A stretch of DNA of 61,727 bases, counting the filler, from Choristocarpus tenellus KU-1152 (Eukaryota > Protista > Phaeophyceae), in assembly GCA_964200185.2 (NCBI GenBank). It is 10 parts of 10 records of this genome, joined end to end, with 100 filler letters (N's around TTAATTAATTAA, not from the genome) between each part and the next. Parts side by side here need not be neighbours in the genome. Positions count along the whole stretch, not along the records: positions 20,224 to 28,040 come from CAXNAD020005542.1; positions 28,141 to 33,008 come from CAXNAD020012727.1; positions 33,109 to 37,657 come from CAXNAD020014050.1; positions 37,758 to 44,150 come from CAXNAD020008230.1; 6 more parts are not named here. The stretch is one strand, 5' to 3'. Below are positions 26,985 through 39,100 of this stretch, piece by piece. The notes beneath the pieces are model-generated. The model made no database searches and was not told the DNA's origin. It saw only the letters and a program-made list of their open reading frames with translations. A program made the translations under genes and the position numbers. Position 1 is the stretch's first letter. Each line of letters begins with the position of its first letter.

Positions 26985-27245
26985 GAGTGAAAGCATCTTA
27001 GGGTTAGGGTACGAGTTTTGTCCTCTTTGTCCATTTGGGGCTTGGCCTCCCATGGGTTTCTTGTAACAGTTTCCTACTCCAAAATATTTCAGAGTAGGTG
27101 CAATGTATACGTTACGAAAGGTGTGTCCGGAACAAGGATATTGACACTTCCTAACAAACACGATAGCCAAAATTACATCAAAATTGCAACATTGGATTTT
27201 GATCCACAAATGGACGAGGCTATACCCTCTAAGATACTTTGGCTC
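26985..27245. mobile_element. MITE family A
   Basis: Same sequence and TIRs; TSD not exact; TTAGGGTTAGGG in the TIR. Confidence 0.9.
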
Positions 27246-27592
27246 TGTGATAAATCGAAAAATCTGGAAGATCCTGCTCTCCATTTCGGCTGGCAACGAA
27301 TTGAAGGCATCAGTTATGCTCGACAGCATGTGTTGCAGTGCGCAATGCCTGGTTGGTCGTTACCTGGCAGAAGTTAGCTGAAACTTGGGTCAACGCAGAT
27401 GAGAGGGAGGGAACTTATGAGGATAATTACATACTACCTAGTCAACGTATTAGATGGCCTCAGCCTATTGGTGTCATAGTTTCCGTCAGCGCCCTCTATG
27501 CATCAATCTCATTATTGTTGGTCCAGGTGTTATTTCACTTGAACAATTCAGCACTGTGCCGATACGGAACGTTCACCCATGTGTTCAAAATC

Positions 27593-27696
27593 TACTTATA
27601 GAAGTGGATACTTATAGAAGTGGATACTTGTAGAAGTGGATACTTGTAGAAGTGGATACTTGTAGAAGTGGATACTTATAGAAGTGGATACTTATG
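27593..27696. repeat. 16-bp minisatellite x~6.5
   Basis: Unit TACTTRTAGAAGTGGA. Confidence 0.95.
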
Positions 27697-27977
27697 CCTT
27701 CATCAAAGAGGGTTGTAATCCAGTCAGTGCCTTTATTGTTCGATACAACGTGTGTCCTACTGCCTATGGATTACTGTTATGGCTGTCTCTTACTTCAAAC
27801 TGCCACTATGGTTTGTTTCTACAATATCAGGCGTCTTCGATGCCTGCCTAGTTATTGACACATGTGCCAAGATCATGATATGTCATTCAAGGGAGGAAAC
27901 GAACAATGGGGGGTGGGAGAGTTGAATCCAACACCCGAGAAGATCCAAATTATTATATATATATATATTTGTTTTTT

Positions 27978-28040
27978 GGGGGGGGTCTACACCAGAGTAT
28001 CCATTTGGACCAAAACCAGGAAAAGTGCACTTTCATTATC
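27978..28040. mobile_element. MITE family B fragment at contig break
   Basis: (G)nTCTACACCAGAGTATCCATTTGGACCAAAA matches the internal part of the 23060-23130 copy. Confidence 0.75.
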
Positions 28041-28208
28041 NNNNNNNNNNNNNNNNNNNNNNNNNNNNNNNNNNNNNNNNNNNNTTAATTAATTAANNNN
28101 NNNNNNNNNNNNNNNNNNNNNNNNNNNNNNNNNNNNNNNNCCCCCCCCCCCCCCCCCCCCTTGCCCTTTTCCCTAAGACACTACCTTGTCCATGCTTTAC
28201 CCCTGCAG

Positions 28209-30717
28209 ATTCAGCACATTCACAATAGCAGCCTTGTTGGGTGGTCAGGTTCGTTTAACCTTCCACCTTTTGGATGTGGTGATGTGATCTGTAAGGGCTG
28301 GGAATGCAACCAACTGATCTCCTTGGTACAAGCGAGGGCCAATCAGGTGCGGAGGAGGAATCAAGACTTGCTTTGATCACAACCAATTCACAGCAGTGTA
28401 AATAATAGTATGAACCGGTGGTTGTTTTTCTCTGTCGTGTAGTGGTTGACCTCATTTTGATTCATATTTTCAAGCTTTTACTCTCTATTCTTGATCATAC
28501 CTCTAATGTTCATTATGTAGCGTGGCAAATCAGACTTCCTTTGCATCAGAAAATATGCTTACTGAATCGGGGGTGCTTAGTAATCTTGTATGAGATATCT
28601 CATACTTGCTATTGTCTTCTGTCACTCCTTACGCCTTTTGTTGAGGATGACCTTTGGTCAAGCGATTACCAGTATTTGATGCAGGTCTAGTTAGGTTTTG
28701 CAGGGTGTTCCAATGGTGCAAGATGGTCCGTACAGGGATGTGTGGTATATATTTTTTAAGATTTATGTCATCCTAATTCTTGCCAACCAAGGGTCTTTTT
28801 GTTGCAGAAAAAAATGTCAACCGGTAAGTCCCGCCACCCCTGTTTCAAACAGCGATGAGGAGTCTTGTTTGTGTTGACTCTACTTCTCTTGAGAAGTACT
28901 AAATTCCTAATGATCATGTTAGCTTTCTCTACCCTGGTTTTTGCCTCAAACATTAGTACCCAGTTTTAATTCTGTTATTTAAATTTCAGCATATTGTGGA
29001 TCATCTGGCGTAGCCTCACAAGCACCTGGAACCCCCTCGTATATTTTTGTCCGCATGTATTGTTCAGGAGAACTTGAGTGCCAAGAAGCTCTTGGAAAAT
29101 ATTCCCACACAAGCCCTCCCATTTCATGGGGCCCCCTTGCCTGTTACTTCAAGCGCAAGCCTCTACCAGGGTCTGGTATGGCCCTCTGAATATGCTACGC
29201 ACATATCTCCGATGACATGCAATCAACACAAGTTGCCAATGATTACAAAAGCAGTTACCAATCAATCTCCTATGGTACTGGGCTGTGATAAACCACCAGT
29301 TAAAGGATCATTAGTGGCTGTCCCACATGTCCTCGGAAATAACAGCCAGTTAATGTCCCCTCTAACTGCTGCTGGCAACCTGCCAGGCTGTTCACCCAGT
29401 TGGGACAAAGTGTCAAAACTCCCTGCAGCACTGGGTCCTCATCGCCTCCAATTCTTCCCCCCCTGCGTTGATACTTCAACAGAACCACTTGGGCCCCTGG
29501 AAACAGCGGGAATGGCCTTGGCACCTGCCAAGTCCGCAGATAAAACTCTTCTGGAAACTCCTTTGTATGACATGGCCAGTTTGCCCCTATTTCCCTCGTT
29601 GCCTTTGGATCAACTGGATGGGAACCCTAGATTGAGGAGAGTGGCGAAGCCAGGGACGTCAGTTGCATGTTCAAGTGTACTGAACTTACCCGTCAATGAT
29701 CAGCCTAGCTTCTACAGCCCTGTACCTTTTGTGCAAGTGGGATCCACACCTATGAGGAATTCGCTAGGTAATGGGGGAATCACTGACAGCACATATCTAG
29801 CTGAGCTTCTCTCTGAAGAAGCAAGGTTAAGATATGGGGCGGGACGGACCAACTTTGGGCATGCATCAGACCAGTCAAATCAATTACAATTCCGTAGATT
29901 GGTGAATGGGGCACCACAGGAAAGATCCTCATCAGTTCATCATGAAAGTATTTCTGAGAGTGGCGGAACTGGGATTGGGGAGGGCCAGGCCAGAAGAACA
30001 ACTGGCTGCGCAGATATGATGGTTGGTGTACCAACCACGTACAAGCTACCTGTAGGAGGCCAAGAACCTATTTTACGGGCAACAAGGTTGTACAATATGG
30101 ATGGGGCCAGTGCTTCTCAGGGTGTTGAGGATCATTCATCACTAAACATTCCTCCAGTGAGGTACGTGAGTGCAGTGGTTGGCACGCAAGGTGCCCCTGT
30201 GTTATCTATACCTGAGCAACAAGTGTCACCCGGTTTTCATCAGCAAGGAGGTGCCAGGATTTTGCAAGCATCATATTTGCAAGAGAGGAAATTGGGGGGG
30301 GGAACAGACAATCATGGCAACTGGAACTCCGTCATGGCTGATCCAACTCTTCAGAAGCTGAGTCGGCAGATTGATCCAACCACACTTCCTTGCCCAGAGT
30401 CCCTTGTACAAGAATCAGGACTTCATCATTGGGGTTCAAATAAAAATGAGATGTGGCTACAATCACATTCAGGAAACATTGCAGAAGGGTCAGGAAAAGC
30501 ACTGAATGTAATGCCGTTGAAGGAACCATCGACTGGACCAAAGACACAGAGACTGTCGGTAGAAGAGCATAAGGGCTTTTTATGTATGAAGGGTGATTCA
30601 AAGCAAGAAATTACGACAGAGGAGTTGACATTGCCAGTACCTCCTGCAGAAGGAGCACAGGAGGGTGGCATGACCAAAGAAGATGCCCTTCATCTTCGTT
30701 CCCTCCTCTGGGAATGA
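28209..30717 (+). CDS. 3' end of an unknown gene: exon 28209-28325 and large terminal exon 29068-30717 (mostly disordered, Pro/Ser/Gly-rich)
   Basis: A 556-codon open frame preceded by a CAG acceptor in phase 0. The upstream 117-nt exon has CAG/GT boundaries. No domain recognised. Confidence 0.65.
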
Positions 30718-31968
30718 GTGTGTTCTATGTTTCATAGCGTTTCAAGTCAGATATTAAGAGATTTTCAGAGTGTTGAGATGCCTTACAAGAGTAGTCATAT
30801 CAGCGAAAACTGGGCTGTAATTTTTGTTCATTTTATTTTCTTTGTACTAAATGACTTTGCCGTTTTTTCCCCTCTCCATCGCCAGTGTTTCACTCTTTCT
30901 GGAGTATCCTGGTAGTGTGCATGTGTACGCTCAGTGCAAGTAGAACAATGAGAGGTTTCTTTTTGAGTTGTGAAAACAGATTTTATTAATTCTCTTATTA
31001 TTGTATTAGATCTGTTGGAGTAAGATTTTATGTTCATGGTATGATCATACGAGATGCAAGGTTTGCTGCAGTGTGGTCGACTACATTGTCGATTTATGTT
31101 GAATGCGTCCTGGAGAGTTATACAACTTAGTGCCAAGTGTTCCCTTTGTGTGCAGTAGTGTATTGTAATGGCCTCCTTTTGGTGTGCGTCTTTGAATAGA
31201 TCAGAGAGGAAATGGAATGCTAATTAGTAGCAATGCAATAGAGCCTTACACTTACATGACTTTAAAAGGTTGCAGTCAACCCCTGCAAACTCCTTGTCCA
31301 TACATAGACTACATATATGCCTGATCCAAAGAATCAATTTTTCACTGCCGGCTGATGTAAGACGGCTGAGCAAACTCCTTCTACACCATCTTCACGAAAT
31401 GAGAGATTTTAGTTGAGAAACACTTCTGGAACTCACTACAGCAAAACTAGAGAGTTGTACGCATTACCAACAGACTTGCTCAACAGCCTCAAAAACACTA
31501 AACAAAAGTATTTTGGTGTGCAAATACTACATTGCAAATGTGCGCTTACGTTTTGTTTTTCAGTCTTGACACACGATAATGAATGGCACTACTCTTGGGG
31601 AGGAATAAATACACTCCTTCCCACCGTTACCTTAATCCAACATTCAAGTTCAGCTAGACCATATCCATAGCCCATTCTCAACTAGCCAACTGCATGTAGG
31701 TGAAGTTGAGCCCCAATCAACTTTTATTCTCGTTTTTTTAACTATTCATGTAAAATAAGATATTCATGCTCTCATAAATCCCATACACTATGAAGTGTTC
31801 TGGATTGTGGTTAGCTACATTATTCCCAGAAACTATGTGTTGATGGTGGCATTGTACCAATCTCCAATCAATACTGGATGGAGAGGGTGCTACTTTGAAA
31901 CAGTATGATGACAGTAGCCTCCTCTGATGTCCATCTTTTGATGATGAGAGAAGAGAGGAAACAATTCT

Positions 31969-32225
31969 GAGCCAATGTATCTTAAAGGGTAGAGCCGCGT
32001 CCATTTGGGGGCCAAAATCTAATGTTGTGATTTCGATGTAATTTTGGCTACGTGTTTGTTAGGAAGTGTCAATATCCTTGCTCTGGACACACCGTTGCAG
32101 AACGTATAACTTTTACCTACTCCGAAACATTTTGGAGTAGGAAATTGTCATAAAAACCCTGCGGGAAGCTATGCCCCAAATGGACAAACAGGGCAAAACT
32201 CATATCCTCTAAGGTACTTTCGCTC
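31969..32225. mobile_element. MITE family A (opposite orientation)
   Basis: Same sequence and TIRs; TSD not exact. Confidence 0.9.
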
Positions 32226-32939
32226 TCTCAACTGTAAGGGTCACGGTGATTGGTATGGACAACACTACTAAAATTGACAGTAGGCAAGGAGGATGATGTG
32301 TCAGGAGATTCAATGGGAATGGGAGTCATCCAAGTGTAACTACCACAGACATCCCCTTTCCATCTTGAGGTGCAGTGGGCGTGACTCTGGTTGGGAGGGA
32401 GGGATCCCTTCATTGGCACTGACTGACAAGCGTTGTGTGTTACTGCTTAGAATATCTAGGGGTGGATGGCACTGTGGAAAGCTAAGTGGGAGGCGAGACA
32501 TATCCATTATCTTGGTGTTGGAGGTCTAAGGGTTACAACTGTCAGAGGAATTTTGGGACAAGGTCTTTGAGAGCCTTCAAGTTCGTTGGCACAAGATCCC
32601 AGGAGTCCTCTTCGGAGATTGGGTACAACTCTTCATTACTTCTATAAAGAGGAGTACTCCAGTTCTAATCATTGAGCAATCGATGTATTCAAATTTCTTT
32701 CAATGTTGTCGTCATCCACCATATCTCACATTATTGATTGATCACATGCAGTACCACCTTAGCTTTTCCTTCGTCTGGCAGAGGAACAGAAGAAATTTAT
32801 GCGGATAGCAGCAATTTGCTGGCTACCCAAATGATGTTCTCTTGGGTGGGGTGGGGCCAATGTAAGCACAGTCAATTATATCCAACTCTTTTTTTTACAT
32901 TTAATCACTTTCGCACCTTTTATTATTTCTGGACCAAGT

Positions 32940-33008
32940 GACCCGAAGTATCTGGGAGGGGGGGGGGGGTCTACACCAGGGTGTCCATTTGAACCAAATC
33001 AGGAAAAG
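32940..33008. mobile_element. MITE family B truncated at contig break
   Basis: GACCCGAAGTATCTGG(G)nTCTACACCAGGGTGTCCATTTG. Confidence 0.85.
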
Positions 33009-33134
33009 NNNNNNNNNNNNNNNNNNNNNNNNNNNNNNNNNNNNNNNNNNNNTTAATTAATTAANNNNNNNNNNNNNNNNNNNNNNNNNNNNNNNNNNNN
33101 NNNNNNNNGTGGGTGGGGGTGCGGGAAAAGGAAA

Positions 33135-33166
<32 letters not shown>

Positions 33167-33179
33167 GTTGGGGGGGGGG

Positions 33180-36100
33180 GCTAGAGTTCGGTCATTCATG
33201 AATGGAGATGATTTGGAGGTGTGCGACCGAAGGTGGTGCAAGAACGGCAACCTTATTGTGGCAAACGTTGAACACTCGACGGATCCAACACTTATCCGCA
33301 AGGCCCATAGTCTTCTACGCGACGTATTTGGGTGCCGCACTAGATAGGTTCGGACTCAGGAAGAAAAAAAACGTGTCTACTGCGTGCCAAGAGCGTGACT
33401 CTGCCGTTCATTCTTGACAAATATGTAACGAAGTGCATTCTATGCCAGATTCACATCGATCTTGTAGCCGAAGTCCGTCGTCACCGTCTTCGCAACGAAA
33501 ACGGTCGCCTCATCGGGTCCCATTGCCTTTCCCTGAGGATTGACGGCCTCAGGAAAACATCACTGCGTCTCAAGTGGGACGAGGGTCTGCACCAAGGCTT
33601 CCGGCAGGCAGGAAGGGCCTAGCACGCGTTCTTGAAGGAGAGACGTGGATACCTGCAATCATTTGCGTACATGGGACAGCCCAACCATGTGGCATTCAAG
33701 TGTTTGCCATGCGATAAGGTTACATCACGTACGTAGGGGTTATTCCGGTGTTGGTTCAATATCTTGAGGTGTACCACAGCACGTTTGATTTTCATGTGGG
33801 GAAGAGCCAAAGTATCTTAGAGGGTACGAGTTTTGCCCTGTTTGTCCATTTGGGGCTTGGCTTCCCTAGGGGTTTTTATGACATTTTCCTACTTCAAAAT
33901 GTTTCGGAGTAGGTAAAAGTTATACGTTCTGAAAAGGTTTGTCCGGAGCAAGGATATTGACACTTCCTAACAAACATGATAGCCAAAATTACATCGAAAT
34001 CGCAGCGCTGGATTTTGACCCCCAAATGGACGCGGCTCTACCCTCTAAGATACTTTGGCTCGGAAGAAAGACATTACGATGTACCAACACTCACACACAA
34101 AGTCTTGGGGTCTCGCGATTTCCGTTTGTGGTGTGGGTCACCGCGTGCACTGTGTTAGCAACGTGTAAACATGGACAAGGACACATCGCTACCACAACTG
34201 CACGCCCGACACCTATCCATAGCGAACGAAGACAAACAATAAGTTGGAAAGAAATGGAAAAAAGCCAGCACACCCTTATTACCTTCCTCTTGCCGTCCTT
34301 GTAGGCTCGGCCGAAGGAGGTCTCCATCTTCTCTTTCATATCGCCCTTTGACGCCGCGTTGGACACGAACACCTCCACCCTCCTGCTCCATTCAAGGGCT
34401 GCCTCCGTCACGTTGTGCCTCTCTGACTGAAGGAGATGACGGTGTCCCCAGGATTCGTGTACCTATCATAGGAGGGCAGGTCCAAAACATTTCCTGAGGA
34501 GTACATTGTATTGCGCACGGATTCATCATATGGCAATGTATGAGTAACGTATTGATTCGGGGCAACACAGTCATGGTGCGGTTTGACACGTAACATACTG
34601 ATTCTGGGAAACACACTCATAGTACGGTTTGACGCCCCTTAACCGTCACCCAGCTTGTTGCGTTACTGTTTAACGATGATCTACACCTATACAAAAAAAG
34701 TCGTTGCTCCCATGAAGAAGGGCGTGTGCGACGTAATTAACGAACCTGTCAACGAGGAAGTGGAGGGCCCTCATGGGGATGTCCGTCGCAGCACCTTGGT
34801 ACTCGACGTCACACATGGTTTGGAGCACCAGAGGAGATGGATCACTCCCGTGGCCAAAAATGTCGTCGACGGTGACTCACTTGTTGCACGTGAACTCTGT
34901 ACCATCGTTGTGCGCGAGAAGAATCATGTCCTGGTGGCATTTGAGATGGTTATCAGTGCCTGCGAGAGGGCGCCCCCCCCCCCTTGTCTTGCACATTATA
35001 AGCAGGGGACGATCTTCCACAATCAAGCCCACCTTCGACACCATAAGAGCCCCTGACTGAAGAGAAGGCAGGAGCGAGCGCGTGGGTCTGGCATGCGTCA
35101 AACTTGACAGTAACAGCACACAAGTATGGTATCGTTAAGCTTCATGAAATTGCATACCACTAACATAATAATAGTACAACGAGGGTGGAACGCAAGTCAA
35201 ATAACAAATGCACAAAATAATAGGAAATTCTTTTATAAAAGGAAAGACAAGTAACATCAGCAAGCGATTTGTGGACAAATCAAACAAAGAACTACGAAGG
35301 ACACGGAGGGGAAGAGCAAAAGACACAAAAGGAAATACAAGGTACGAAGAAGATGAAACAACATGGGGAAAGCGAAAAGAAAAGACACAAGACAGAATCC
35401 GCATCTCTTGAACGGCCGCCACCGTTTCCGATCGACACTCGGGCGGACTGATAACGGCCATGGCGGATTGCAATAGTCTCCCGCAATACACCCCGTATTT
35501 CAGCGCTGGCGAACTCTGCAACTCACCGTGTAGGTGGTGAGGTTGCACAGCCCACGGGTGGGGCACAAATAGCGCGATAGTGCCCTGAGGATGTATCTTC
35601 ACCTGCAAGCACTTCATCACCTGGCGCAAGTGGGTGTTGGTCACCTCTTCGTCGTTGAGGGGTCTTGACTCAGCGGTGATGGACACTATGGCAAGCTTTG
35701 GCGCGTTGTAGAAGGCGAACTCTTTCAGGCCGTCTAAGGGTAGTGTTGGGTCGAGAGGGCGAAGGTCGTGTAGTGCAGCATTCTCAGCCCTGGTTGGACA
35801 TCATGACACATGACACAGTACACAGACAGCACGACGAAAAGTACAGCATCGTAACAACGGTGCAGGCAATTTTATCAATAAGTGAGGATCTGATAATATT
35901 TTTCCGGCATCCCCAAAATGTTAAGCCGTACCCTCCACAACGCCAGACCCATCAGATACATCTTTTGGAAGGAGGGGAGACGACAAACAGGTAAGTTCCA
36001 TGGTCCATGGAAACCTCCAAAAAAACGCCATACCGAACACACAAAGGACGAGCAATACACATGATGTACAACCAGCCAAGACCCACGTGCAAACCAACGC

Positions 36101-39100
36101 GAAACTGAACACGCAGAGACGAACTGTATGTCCTTATAATGTGCAACCACGCTGAGACCCACATGCACTTCTCCATGTCCGCCGTTTCGCTGCGTGAGGG
36201 GGGACACAAAAGGCTTTGCCTGCTGGGTGACCCGCCCGCACTCCTTGCGTTACATTTACCCTTACCCTTGACCCTGCCCCAACCCACTGCTGCGTTCCCC
36301 ATCGGTCCAGTCCCTTCACTGCCCTCCTGTGCCACGGGGCAATTGATACACAATCGATCCTTGTCCCTCTCGTCCCACAATATCCACGTTGGCACATTCG
36401 CCCATGTGCGTGATGGAGCACTTTGGGCAGGAACACCTGCCGCGCATGGCATCGAACGAGAGCGTCAAACAGACAGAAGAGCATTTTTCCAAATCATTAA
36501 TTGGGCGCAACAACGCAACGTGGGGATCCACGGCTACAAAGGACCACGAAATTGGCTGCACAAAACAATACAAACTACAGGTGCGAAACAATAGTCGGTT
36601 GCGACATGCACTAACACACTCGGGCTGTGGCAAACAAAGAGACCTGGGGGTAGCGACCGCAGCGCCACACAGAGAGGGACCCCGCCACATCCACTGGTGT
36701 GGTGGCGTGCATTGCTGAAGCAAGACAACTTAGTTATCCGTTCGGGCGATCGGATGAAAACCAATCTTACACCATTAATTACCCGCCATCCGCGTGTGCA
36801 CAACTACAACTACATTACTCACCGAGCCGTAGGTGGAGGATTACATTCAGTACAGCAAACGCCCGCATTCCACTCTCCATGGCCGTTTTGTTCTTCTTCC
36901 GCACCAGGAACGCTGTCGACAGAACCCCCTTCGCCCGTATCCTCCCTGCCTGGCAGTCTGTCCCCTCCCTCGTCTTCATCCTCTCCTTCGTGTTCGTCCC
37001 CTCGGTATTGTTCGCACCCTCCCTTGTCTTCGTCCTCTCCTTTATGTTCGTCCCCTCCCTTGTCCTCGTCCCCTCCTTTGTGTTCGCACCCTCCCTCATC
37101 GTCTTTCTCCCGTCCATCTGATGCCAATCCGTTGTTGCTCTCGACGTCAGCGCCGCCGCCATTACCGCCCCGCCCGCTGTGGATCTCATGGAGGTTAACC
37201 TGGTTGAGGACATCCTGGTATTTCCCATCCCAGGTGGTGAGGTAAGCGCGTAGCGTCGAGTCCTTCTCGAGAATCTGGTGGTGGACACGGCGGAGAACGT
37301 TGTTGAGGAGAGGAGGGGACAATGGTGACGTCAAAAATGGGAGAGTGTAAAGGAAGTACGATAGCATGTCAATCGAACAGAGCAAACGATACGATTGACG
37401 TGGTAAATACGTCTAATGGAGGCGGCTTGCGGGGCGAAATAGTTTGAAAGAAGTCATTATCAAGGATGCCAGCCTGTCTGTAGTTTACGACAGTGACACG
37501 TGTTGGAGGCGGGAACGAGGTACAGATTGACCAAGATCTTGCCCGGAGTTGAAGGCAACGGTTGGTTATTCCCGCTATTAGCAATGAAGCCGAGATCTGA
37601 CAAAACTGCATCGTTTGTTGTAGGGAAGGCAAGTCTCTCGCTCATGATGATGACGAANNNNNNNNNNNNNNNNNNNNNNNNNNNNNNNNNNNNNNNNNNN
37701 NTTAATTAATTAANNNNNNNNNNNNNNNNNNNNNNNNNNNNNNNNNNNNNNNNNNNNCACTCACGGCTCTGACCCGTTGCAGAGGTTTCATTCCGACCAC
37801 CGTCGAGATGTTTGCCCTCAGCTGCCGGACGGGCCCCGCTTGTTGGTCGCCAGATGAAACCTTCTGCAGAAGTTGGGCCACCTCCCTTTTCCTCTCCTCG
37901 TAGTGGGGCTTGACCCAGAGGTCGTGCATATTGCACTTCTCATATGCGAGCCTGTCCATTTCCCTGGTAGCCCGTGCCACATTCACATAACGTCCAAAAT
38001 TCAGAGCAGTTTTGCAACAATCAATAAGTGCGGTGCCGAAAAAGACGCTGACAGTATATTTTAAAATTGAGGGGCGCATGGCGACGTATGGGTGCACACG
38101 AGATACGGAAAAGGCAAAAAAAGATAACCACTGCAACTGCACCATTTACCAACCTTTGGAGCTGTGGTGTCCACTTCTCCTTGGACACAATCTGCCTGGT
38201 GCGCGAGACAACCATCTCAGACATGTGCGCGTCTGATTCGATGTCCTTGTAGTCCCTCGCCGTAGGAACCTTCCCGTTGAACGACTTGTACCTGAAAAAA
38301 GAGAATGGCCATGAAGGACGTCAACAAGAACAATGTGCAGGTAATGATGAGGAAAGGGTCGCCACTGCAGAAAATATTCACGGATCGATTGTCATAGTTC
38401 AGAAAAGACAAGAGCGCACATACACAGGAAACACACACTGTTCGTAGAATTTCCACAATACTACAAAGGGTTCTTCGTTCGACACAACAATGGCTGACTA
38501 CATTCTTCATCGTAGGAGATACGTATTTAACGTTCCTGTGCAATGTGCTGCGACCTGCACACATTGCGCTTACTGCTGTCTACACGATAAAACACAGTGA
38601 TGGTTTGACCTGCCTAGCAAGCAGATGGATGCATAGCCCCTGCTTGAGAAAAGTGAAGCCAGCAAACTCCTCGCAACTCAGATAGTTCAGTGTGACTGCG
38701 TTGCGGTCGATCTGTGATGATGAGGTCTCACACACTTCCTTCAGTACCTCGAAGGACTCTGGTCGAAGGGACTTTACGCCTTGCTGCCAGTTTCGTGGAG
38801 TTGTTTTTGCCGGGGGAGGAACGTTCACCTTCGCGATGGGCAGAAAACGGAAAATATTATGCACCCAGCCAGTGAGGATGAGGCATCGTTATACCATGCC
38901 AACGAGGTATGTATGAGTGGGGGGGGGGGGTTCAGGCAACACCGTCGATAAAATAAACAAGGACGCTTTTTATTGTTCGTCTGTGGTTAACCACACATAC
39001 ATACTACATGGTCACTCGAAAATCAATAAGTTGGTTGACAGGGTTCCTAAACGCGGGATAACTATCTCGACTTAGGTTGAATAGGAGGACAAAGAGAGAT

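Noticed and set aside
26682-27329. 215-aa ORF and similar recurring peptides (PNGQKGQNSYP, WTRLYPLRYF)
   Set aside because: Chance translations of MITE family A.
33180-33652. Possible SET domain at the C-terminus of the ParB/MTase gene (SSPFMND)
   Set aside because: Only a weak motif echo in a multiply disrupted region; needs a profile search.
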